From: Candidatus Eiseniibacteriota bacterium | GTDB taxonomy: Bacteria > Eisenbacteria > RBG-16-71-46 > SZUA-252 | Direction: 5' to 3' | Assembly: GCA_031370645.1 (NCBI GenBank) | Contig: JANMQV010000093.1 | Span: 1-10,315 of the forward strand | DNA: 10,315 bases | Shown: positions 1 to 6,699 of the stretch, piece by piece | How positions within the stretch are numbered: the stretch's first letter is position 1 | How the letters are laid out: each line of letters begins with the position of its first letter | Made by a program: the position numbers and the translations under genes | Notes under the pieces: generated by a model | Seen by the model: the letters and a program-made list of their open reading frames with translations, nothing else | What the model was told of the DNA's origin: nothing | The model's database searches: none

Positions 1-327
1 CGGCATCGCGAGGAGCCCGCTCAGGAGCCCCAAGGGGCAGCGCGCGGTGAGCCACCCACCCGCGGCGGTGTTCACCTCGATGCCGCGCGCGCGAAGAAGT
101 CCCGGAGGAACGTCCCCCTGAATCAGGAGTTCCACGAGGACAGTGCCGTCGGGGCGCCGGCTGAGGAAGCGTTCGTGCATCGCGGCCCCGGGGCGGATGT
201 CCGAGAGCGCCGGATGCACCGATTTGGGCGCCGCCATGGCGGGGTGCGCGAGGCCAAACCCAAGAGCGAGGAGCGCCGCAGCGAGGAGGCGAAGAGGTCG
301 CGGCGAGGTGCGAAGGCAACGATGCAT
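1..327 (-). CDS. 5' part of a secreted protein (signal peptide plus probable S8/subtilase-type propeptide), truncated by the window edge
   Basis: Not in the ORF track because there is no stop in the window. ATG at 327 has GAGGT about 7 nt upstream. The frame is open to base 1: MHRCLRTSPRPLRLLAAALLALGFGLAHPAMA|APKSVHPALSD...VLVELLIQGDVPPGLLRARGIEVNTAAGGWLTARCPLGLLSGLLAMP. It has a basic N-region, a hydrophobic core and an A-M-A signal peptidase I site. The later segment resembles subtilase propeptides; this is inference, as the catalytic domain would lie outside the window. Confidence 0.75.
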   Translation of the reverse strand, partial: MHRCLRTSPRPLRLLAAALLALGFGLAHPAMAAPKSVHPALSDIRPGAAMHERFLSRRPDGTVLVELLIQGDVPPGLLRARGIEVNTAAGGWLTARCPLGLLSGLLAMP

Positions 328-386
328 GACACGGACCTCGGATGCCGGGGGAGCGGCGGGCAGAACGCCGCCATCATCACACCCTA

Positions 387-395
387 ATTCTATCA
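387..395 (-). promoter_or_regulatory. Putative extended -10 sigma70-type promoter for the 1..327 gene
   Basis: Minus strand reads TG-A-TAGAAT (395->387) in an AT-rich intergenic patch, about 60 nt upstream of the ATG at 327. The -35 match is weak (CTGAAA). Confidence 0.55.
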
Positions 396-428
396 CGCTT
401 AGGCCCTTTTTCAGGACCCGAAAGCGCG

Positions 429-1538
429 TTACAAATCGTTGATGGCTTTGATCGTTACGGCGCGCACCGGGAGCCGCGACAGCTCGCCCCGCGCGCACCA
501 CGTCTCGTGCTCGCGAGCGCCCCGTCCGGCCGAGACCTTCGCCTCCCACACCTCGACCGTGTAGTCGTGGGAAAAGGTCCGATGGCGGATCGTTCGGGCC
601 GGACCGAGCGGTGGTGCGGCGGCCCCATGGGTGCGCGCGAGCGCGCGGGCGACGCGTGCCGAATCGCCCGAGCCGCGCACCGGGAGGTGAGGTGGCGCGA
701 GCGTCGCCCCGTCGTCGGCTGGGTCGGGGAGAAGGAGAACACGTGCGCCCTTACGGAGCAGAAGGAGAACGCGCCGCTCCCGCTTCACCGCACCGACGGT
801 GGCAGGCTCCGGATAGCGATCCGGCTCCCCGCTCGCCGCTGCCCGGCACGAACGCGACACGGGGCACCGCTCGCAAAGGGGCGCGCGGGGGAAGCAGATG
901 GTTGCGCCGAGCTCCATGAGCGCCTGCGTCCAGTCTCCGGGGTGTGCGCCGGGCGCGAAGACCTCGGCGCGCGAGGCAACCACCCGTTTCAGGTCGCCGC
1001 CGTCACGGCGACCGCGGAGCCCGTCCCACCGCGCGAGGACTCGGATCACGTTTCCATCCACCGCGGCGGCCGGAACGTCGAACGCGATGCTCGCGATCGC
1101 CGCGGCCGTGTAGGCGCCGATGCCGGGAAGCGACTGGAGCGACTGGAGCGATCGAGGAACTTCGCCGCCATGCTCGCGACCGATAAGCGCCGCGCCCGCA
1201 TGGAGATTCCGAGCGCGCCGGTAGTAGCCGAGTCCCGACCACGCCGCCAAGACATCGGACTCCCGCGCGCGCGCGAGCGAGTTCGGCGTAGGGAATCGGT
1301 CGAGGAAGCGGAGATAGAACGGGATCACCGTCTCCACGCGCGTCTGCTGCAGCATGATCTCGCTCACCCAGATGGCGTAGGGATCGCGCGTGCGTCGCCA
1401 GGGGAGGTCTCGACGATGCTTTCGATACCAGCGAAGGAGTGCCGCGCGACGCGCTGAATCCTTCACGCTTCGCGACGCGCCGGCCGCTTTCGAGCCGCGG
1501 CGTGCGGGACGGGGATTCAGCGGGGGACTCGACTTCAT
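429..1538 (-). CDS. mutY: A/G-specific adenine DNA glycosylase MutY
   Basis: Motifs RDLPWR, WVSEIMLQQT (catalytic Glu), WSGLGYYRRARNLH, HhH LPGIGAYTAAAI, VDGNV (catalytic Asp), 4Fe-4S motif C-x6-C-x2-C-x5-C (CFPRAPLCERCPVSRSC), and a C-terminal FSH loop. The ATG overlaps the hpnE stop (ATGA, 1535-1538). Confidence 0.96.
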   Translation of the reverse strand: MKSSPPLNPRPARRGSKAAGASRSVKDSARRAALLRWYRKHRRDLPWRRTRDPYAIWVSEIMLQQTRVETVIPFYLRFLDRFPTPNSLARARESDVLAAWSGLGYYRRARNLHAGAALIGREHGGEVPRSLQSLQSLPGIGAYTAAAIASIAFDVPAAAVDGNVIRVLARWDGLRGRRDGGDLKRVVASRAEVFAPGAHPGDWTQALMELGATICFPRAPLCERCPVSRSCRAAASGEPDRYPEPATVGAVKRERRVLLLLRKGARVLLLPDPADDGATLAPPHLPVRGSGDSARVARALARTHGAAAPPLGPARTIRHRTFSHDYTVEVWEAKVSAGRGAREHETWCARGELSRLPVRAVTIKAINDL

Positions 1539-2869
1539 GCGACGAGCGCGGCCGCGCGGTGTCCGCTCTGGACCGCGCTTTCGATCGTCGCGGGAAGCCC
1601 CGTGTCGGTCCAGTCGCCGGCGAGGAGAAGCCCCGGCAGCGCGGTCTCGTTCGAGGGGCGATGCGGTTGCACCATCGGTGTCGATCGAATCGTGCCGCGG
1701 CGCTCCTTAAAGACCCTCGCGTTGAGCAAGCGAGCCTCCCGGGCGAGAGGAAACGCCTCGCGGAGATCGGCCGTCGTCTCGGCGGCGATCACGCCGGCGT
1801 CCCGCGTGGCGTCGCCGAAGGCCGCGCTCCGAATCGTTCCGACTTGGTAGCGATCGACCCCGCGCGACCCGCGATCGAACGCCCACTGCGTGGCCGTGCC
1901 GATCATGCCGATGAAGCGAGCCGGCAACACCGGCCGGTCGAACAGGTGCACCGAGGAGACGATCGGCGACCAGGGCGTGGCCACGAGTTCGCGGTAGGGC
2001 GCGAGCAACTCGGGGCGGAGCATCCACCCGAGCCGTTCGTGCGTGACGGCGAGAATCACGGCCCCGGCATCGAGCCGCTCGCCGCCCAGAAGCGAAACGC
2101 CAGCCGCCCGCCCGTTCTCGACGCGAACGCCGAGCGCGGTCGTGCGGAAGCGAATCGAACCGCCGCGATTCTCGAGATAGCGCTCGAACCCGGTGAAGAG
2201 TTCTCCGAGTCCGCGTCGCGCGAGCGCAAGGCCGCTCTTCGACGCCGGTGCGGCGAGAAGCCGGTCGAGAACGCGCGCGAAGAGGAGAGCCGAACCGTCT
2301 TTCGTCTCCTCATTCAGGGCGGCGATCGCGAGCGGCCGTAGTAATGCCGCCAGATCCTCGGAGCCACCGGCGCCGTCGGCCGCCAGGAGCCACCGCTCCA
2401 CCGTGAGCGGAGCCGCCGCCTCGGGCTGCGCGAGGAGCGCCTTCACTTTCGGATGGAGCATGAGCGCCGCCATCCGCCCCGACGGGGAAAGGCGCGAGCA
2501 GCCCCCGACGGCGGCGAGCCAATGGAACGGCGCGGGGAGATTCGGCGCCGTCAGCTCGTACTCGCCGTGCCCTCGCTCCCATAGCTTCAAGTGAAGGGTC
2601 GGGTCGGCATGAAGCGCGTCGCGCGTGCCGAGGCGATCGAGGAGGCGAAGCGTGTCCTCGTAGAACGAGCCGAGGACGTGCTGGCCGTTGTCGAGCACGT
2701 CGCCCGTTCGGGGGTCGGTCCAGGAGGCGGCTCGCCCCCCGACGCGCTGGCGGGTCTCCAGCACCAGCACCGAGACCCCTCGCTCGGCGAGGGCAGACGC
2801 GGCTGCCACACCGGCGAATCCGGCGCCGACGACGATCACATCGGGGCGTGCGTTCACGGCTGCGGGCAT
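1535..2869 (-). CDS. hpnE: Hydroxysqualene dehydroxylase HpnE (FAD-dependent, amine-oxidase fold), 444 aa
   Basis: FAD motif VIVVGAGFAG...LE...GGRA, then LDNGQHVL, and C-terminal LAGDWTDTGLPATIESAVQSG. Directly follows hpnC-hpnD. Start reassigned from 3085 (inside hpnD) to the ATG at 2869, 4 nt after the hpnD stop. Confidence 0.9.
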   Translation of the reverse strand: MPAAVNARPDVIVVGAGFAGVAAASALAERGVSVLVLETRQRVGGRAASWTDPRTGDVLDNGQHVLGSFYEDTLRLLDRLGTRDALHADPTLHLKLWERGHGEYELTAPNLPAPFHWLAAVGGCSRLSPSGRMAALMLHPKVKALLAQPEAAAPLTVERWLLAADGAGGSEDLAALLRPLAIAALNEETKDGSALLFARVLDRLLAAPASKSGLALARRGLGELFTGFERYLENRGGSIRFRTTALGVRVENGRAAGVSLLGGERLDAGAVILAVTHERLGWMLRPELLAPYRELVATPWSPIVSSVHLFDRPVLPARFIGMIGTATQWAFDRGSRGVDRYQVGTIRSAAFGDATRDAGVIAAETTADLREAFPLAREARLLNARVFKERRGTIRSTPMVQPHRPSNETALPGLLLAGDWTDTGLPATIESAVQSGHRAAALVA

Positions 2870-2873
2870 GGGG

Positions 2874-3788
2874 TCACGCGCCGAATGCGGTGGCTGCAGC
2901 GGTGCTGGCGGCGATCCAGACGCGCTCGATTCGCCGAACGCGCACCTCGCCGCTAAAGACGTCGAAGTCGGAGCGCTCGATCTTCTCGAGGAGGCGGCGA
3001 TAGACGCGTCCCATGATCTCGGCGGCGAGGTAACGGCGCCGGTCGAGCGAGTGTCCCTCGGACTCCGCCGCGTCGAAGTAGCCACGCGCTCGCTCGGCCT
3101 GGTGCGTCATGAGCCGGCGAAACGCGTCGTTGCGTTCGCCGCGCGCCAGCGATTCTTCGCTGTAGCCGAAGCGCGCGAGCTCCTCGGTGGGGATGTAGAT
3201 CCGTCCGCGGGCAAAGTCGCCCTTCACGTCTCGCAAGATGTTCGTGAGCTGGAGGGCCAGGCCGAGCGATTCGGCATAGACGCGACCCCGCTCGTTTCGA
3301 TCACCGAAGATGCGGAGGCAGATGAGTCCCACGACCGAGGCGACCCGATAGCAGTAGCGCTCGAGATCGGCAAAGGTCTCGTAGCGAACCCGCGTGAGAT
3401 CCATCTCGACGCCCGAGATCAACTCCACGAAATAGCCGCGCGGAATCTCGAACCGCCGGACGTGGGGCGCGAGCGCTCGCGTGACCGGGTCGGACGGCTC
3501 GCGTTCGTAAAGCGCGGCCAACTCCTCTCGCCAGCGGCTCAGGAGTGTTTCGGCGCGCCGGCGGTCGGGTTCTTCGTCCACGGAGTCGTCCAGAGCGCGG
3601 CTCCAGGCGTGAACCGCGCGGATGGCCCGGCGCTGATCGGGAGGTAGAAGCGCGAAGGCGACTCCGAAGTTGGAGCGTCGGCCGGGCGAGGGTGTGGCCA
3701 CCGCGCTCGATGCAGCTGCCGCTCCCGGCGGATCCGGCGTACCCGCACCAGCCGGAGGCTCGACCCGCGGCGCCGTGGTCGGCGTCAT
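2874..3788 (-). CDS. hpnD: Presqualene diphosphate synthase HpnD (head-to-head prenyl synthase), 304 aa
   Basis: Motifs LDDSVD (DDxxD), GVEMDL, YCYRVASVVG, LGLALQLTNILRDVKGD and GRIYIP; lies between hpnC and hpnE. Start reassigned to the ATG at 3788, which overlaps the hpnC TGA (ATGA, 3785-3788). Confidence 0.88.
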   Translation of the reverse strand: MTPTTAPRVEPPAGAGTPDPPGAAAASSAVATPSPGRRSNFGVAFALLPPDQRRAIRAVHAWSRALDDSVDEEPDRRRAETLLSRWREELAALYEREPSDPVTRALAPHVRRFEIPRGYFVELISGVEMDLTRVRYETFADLERYCYRVASVVGLICLRIFGDRNERGRVYAESLGLALQLTNILRDVKGDFARGRIYIPTEELARFGYSEESLARGERNDAFRRLMTHQAERARGYFDAAESEGHSLDRRRYLAAEIMGRVYRRLLEKIERSDFDVFSGEVRVRRIERVWIAASTAAATAFGA

Positions 3789-4684
3789 CGGTCGAATCCT
3801 AGGAGCGCCATGGTCAGAACGCGCGCGCGCATCCATCCGCTCAAAGTCGGCCTGTCCTTGACGACGCGCCACCCGCGCTGCGCCACCGCGCGAAGCACGG
3901 CGCGCCCGCCGATCACCGTTGCGCGGAGCTGGATGGCGAGCGGCACCGGAACGTATCGCGCCACGGCCCGTCCATGCTCGTAGAGTTCGTCCGTGCCGGC
4001 GCACTCGTGGAGGAGGAGTCGCGTGAGGTGGGTTCGCTGCGCGGGGCGCGTCAACGATTCGCGGTCGAGCCCGAATCGCCTGAGGTCCTCGAGCGGAACG
4101 AAAAGTCGACCCCGCTCCAGGTCGCGGCCCAGGTCCTGCCACATGTTCGTCAGTTGGAGTGCCGTGCAGAGCGCGTCAGAAGCGCGGACGGCGTCCAGAT
4201 CGTCCACGTCGTGAAGCGCGAGCATGATCCGTCCGATGGTATTCGCGGAGCCGCGGCAATAGCGAAGGAGATCGTCCCAGGTGGCGTACGTCGCATCGCG
4301 CGCGTCGTCACGAAACGCGGCCAGGAGATCGAGGAACGGTTCCACGGGGAGCGTGAAGCGATCGACCGCGTCGGCGAGCGCCGTCGGAACGGGACCGCGC
4401 GGACTCCCCTCGAGTGCCTGCAAGAGCGCTGCCTCGATTCGATCGAGCCCCGCGAGGCGTTCTTCCGCCGGAGCGTCGGCGTCCGCCACATCGTCGGCCG
4501 TCCGCGCGAAGGCATAAACCGCGTAGAGGGCGATCCTCCGTTCCGGCGCGAGAAAGCGCGAGGCCACGGGAAAGTTCTCCGAATTCGCGCGAACGACCGC
4601 CTCGCAATAGGCGTAGGCCTCGTGAAGAGGAACGGGCTCCGTGTCGAGCTCGGCGTGATCGGCAATGGGGGCGGGGACGGACAT
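3785..4684 (-). CDS. hpnC: Hydroxysqualene synthase HpnC, 299 aa
   Basis: HpnC-typical ENFPVAS, YAFARTADDVAD, YCRGSANTIGR and LCTALQLTNMWQD. Start reassigned to the ATG at 4684, which has a GAGGAG Shine-Dalgarno just upstream. Confidence 0.9.
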   Translation of the reverse strand: MSVPAPIADHAELDTEPVPLHEAYAYCEAVVRANSENFPVASRFLAPERRIALYAVYAFARTADDVADADAPAEERLAGLDRIEAALLQALEGSPRGPVPTALADAVDRFTLPVEPFLDLLAAFRDDARDATYATWDDLLRYCRGSANTIGRIMLALHDVDDLDAVRASDALCTALQLTNMWQDLGRDLERGRLFVPLEDLRRFGLDRESLTRPAQRTHLTRLLLHECAGTDELYEHGRAVARYVPVPLAIQLRATVIGGRAVLRAVAQRGWRVVKDRPTLSGWMRARVLTMALLGFDR

Positions 4685-4733
4685 GGCTCTCCTCGAGCGG
4701 GCGCGAAACGTGTCGCGTGCGTTCGTAGGCGGG

Positions 4734-4762
4734 AGTACATCACGAGGGCAGGGAAGCGTCAA
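4734..4762 (-). promoter_or_regulatory. Putative sigma70-type promoter of the hpnC-hpnD-hpnE-mutY operon
   Basis: Minus strand TTGACG (4762-4757), 17-nt spacer, then TGTACT (4739-4734) preceded by TGn, about 50 nt upstream of the hpnC ATG. The -10 lacks the conserved second A, so this is tentative. Confidence 0.45.
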
Positions 4763-4913
4763 GACGGGCGCGGGCGGCGCTTTGCCGGAAGGAGGCCCGC
4801 CGACGCTCGCGAGGAACCCCCCGAGCGATGCCGGGGTTCGCTGCATTGTCACCTCGGTATCGCTTACCCGCTCGTAGCAAAGTCGGCACCCCAAGTGGAA
4901 ACGGGGGCAAAGA

Positions 4914-5534
4914 TTGTCCGGTTCGATTCGCATCGGAGCATGTCTCGTTGGGATGGCGCTGGCCGCGTCGTCGACGCCCAGCTGTTCCCGTGCAGGCTCG
5001 AATGACTGGCTAGCCGTCACGGAAGCGGGCGTCACGTATCAACCGTCAGAATCGCCGCTGGATGCTCCTGGCCATGCCAATCACTGGCGGTGGACTGGCG
5101 TTGGGGGGGCGGTTCGGAGGGTTGGCTCACGCGATGCAGTGGGGCCGGTCCTGCTTGGCTCGTACAGCGAACAGGATTACACGGTGGGCGCGGGGCTGCG
5201 GTGGGAGCATTCCTTCGGCGATCGATGGAGTGTGTTGGTGACGCCTGGATTCGCGATACAGGACCTTGTGAAGGTCGACTCAGACCATCTCACGGGATAC
5301 TTCGGCGAGATCGGCGTTTCGTATCGGCGATGGCTCACCCTTGCGGCGCGGTGGGAGGGGATTCGCTACAGGCCGGAAAACTATCTCGACGACGATCCAC
5401 CCTTCGATCAGATCAACGGACGCGTCTGGCGATTGGACGCTCGCGTCGGGCGGACACCTGGGGCCGTCGCGATCGGAGCAGCCGCGTTGGTCGTAGTCGT
5501 TGTTGGAGTCACTCAGGCTACGGACGCGCGCTGA
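4914..5534 (+). CDS. Hypothetical exported protein: predicted 8-stranded beta-barrel with a C-terminal hydrophobic helix
   Basis: Best ORF filling the gap between hpnC and the VWA gene. TTG start with GGGGG upstream and a signal-peptide-like N-terminus. About 8 amphipathic Gly/aromatic-rich strands, ending in PGAVAIGAAALVVVVVGVT. The start is uncertain; ATG 4953 is an alternative. Confidence 0.65.
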   Translation: MSGSIRIGACLVGMALAASSTPSCSRAGSNDWLAVTEAGVTYQPSESPLDAPGHANHWRWTGVGGAVRRVGSRDAVGPVLLGSYSEQDYTVGAGLRWEHSFGDRWSVLVTPGFAIQDLVKVDSDHLTGYFGEIGVSYRRWLTLAARWEGIRYRPENYLDDDPPFDQINGRVWRLDARVGRTPGAVAIGAAALVVVVVGVTQATDAR

Positions 5535-5558
5535 CTGATCTTAGGAACACCCAGGCCT

Positions 5559-6662
5559 CTAATTCACGCGACGCCGTCTGTTCTGGCTGTAGTCGACGAA
5601 GAGGTAGGAGCCGAGCGACTCCAGATCCGAATAGTAGGCGCGCCCTTTGTTCAGCTGCGTGAAGCGCTCGACGAAGCGGACAAGGTAAGGATCCTGAGTG
5701 ACCATGAAGGTCGTCACGGGAATCCGCTTTCGACGGCATTGCACGGCTTCGTCCAGCGTCTTGTTCACGATCTTGGGATCGAGCCCGAAGGCGTTCTTGT
5801 AGAGTCGCCCGTTCTCGTGGATGGCCGACGGCTTTCCGTCGGTGATCATGAAGATCTGTTTGTTCACGTGCTTCTGCCGCGCCAGGATCTTCTGCGCCAG
5901 CTGCAGCCCCGCTTTCGTGTTCGTGTGGAACGGTCCCACCGAGACGTAGGGGATGTCCCGCACTTTCACCTCCCACGCGTCATCCCCGAACAAGACGACC
6001 GAAATCGAGTCTTTGGGGTAGCGGGTGAGGATCAACTCCGAAAGCGCGAGCGCCGCTTGCTTCGCCGGCGTGATCCGGTCCTCGCCGTAGAGAATCATCG
6101 AGTGGCTCACGTCGATGAGAACGACCGTGGCGCACGACGAGAGATGCTCCGTCTCGAAGACCTCCAAATCGTCCTCGTTGAGCGAGGTCCCCTCCTCGGG
6201 CCAGGCTCCTCGCGTCCGCCGCATCGAGTTCCGCATACTCGAGAGGAAATCGATGTCGGAGACCGAATCGCCGAACGTGTAGGGCCGCGTCTCGGTCGTT
6301 CGCTCGCCGCCCGTGCCGGTCCGAGGGACGCGGTGTTCGCCGGAGGAGTCGCGGGCGAGGTTCGAGAAGATCCGGTCGAGCGAGTCCTTCCGGATCATCT
6401 TCTCGCCCTTCCCGGTGAGGACGTTTTTCCCGTTCACTTCCTTGATCGCATCCTGGTCGCGCAGCTGCTTCTTGAAGTCCTCCAACGTGAACTTCTCGTT
6501 GAAGAACCCGAAGCGCTCGCCCAAATCCTCCATGGCGCGGAACGCCTCGTCCACGTTTCCGTCGGTCATGAGGAGGATGCGGTTGTAGAGGGAGAGAAGG
6601 TTCTTCAGGAAGTTCAGGTCCCGAAGAATTTTGTCGTCCCACTGCGAGTAGCGGAAATCCAT
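5559..6662 (-). CDS. VWA (von Willebrand A, MIDAS) domain protein, partner of the upstream AAA+ ATPase (Rv0959-like), 367 aa
   Basis: MIDAS motif DVSHS, HTNT and ITDG, plus RPYTFGD upstream of the VWA domain. Start reassigned to ATG 6662 (MDFRYSQWD) to avoid overlapping the ATPase gene; no clear Shine-Dalgarno. Confidence 0.88.
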   Translation of the reverse strand: MDFRYSQWDDKILRDLNFLKNLLSLYNRILLMTDGNVDEAFRAMEDLGERFGFFNEKFTLEDFKKQLRDQDAIKEVNGKNVLTGKGEKMIRKDSLDRIFSNLARDSSGEHRVPRTGTGGERTTETRPYTFGDSVSDIDFLSSMRNSMRRTRGAWPEEGTSLNEDDLEVFETEHLSSCATVVLIDVSHSMILYGEDRITPAKQAALALSELILTRYPKDSISVVLFGDDAWEVKVRDIPYVSVGPFHTNTKAGLQLAQKILARQKHVNKQIFMITDGKPSAIHENGRLYKNAFGLDPKIVNKTLDEAVQCRRKRIPVTTFMVTQDPYLVRFVERFTQLNKGRAYYSDLESLGSYLFVDYSQNRRRRVN

Positions 6663-6699
6663 AGGCGGGTTCGTCGCGCGGCGGCCGGGCGGGAACGCC

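Noticed and set aside
123..442. Short ORFs 123..380, 143..442 and 175..387
   Set aside because: Low-complexity, Arg-rich, and displaced by the better-supported minus-strand frame 327->1.
1129..1151. 9-bp tandem repeat AGCGACTGG x2.5 in mutY (SLQSLQSL)
   Set aside because: In frame, and the pre-HhH segment has normal length; not a VNTR or CRISPR-like repeat.
342..1457. 371-aa plus-strand ORF
   Set aside because: Antisense shadow of mutY; Arg-rich with no motifs, as expected from GC-rich codon bias.
1535..4684. Carotenoid (crtB/crtI or crtM/crtN) interpretation
   Set aside because: ENFPVAS and NxWQD motifs, two tandem synthases and the DNGQH/LPATIE oxidoreductase match hpnCDE better.
1439..5005. 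Long plus-strand ORFs 1439..2341, 2688..3647 and 3974..5005
   Set aside because: Antisense to motif-supported hpnE, hpnD and hpnC, with no recognisable domains.
2870..5035. N-terminal extensions of hpnE (from 3085), hpnD (from 4142) and hpnC (from 5035) in the ORF track
   Set aside because: They overlap neighbouring genes. Internal ATGs with an SD or stop-start coupling give normal protein lengths, so these are not fusions or frameshifts.
5090..5976. ORFs 5090..5662 (+) and 5518..5976 (-)
   Set aside because: Arg/Ser-rich alternative frames overlapping the orphan and VWA genes.
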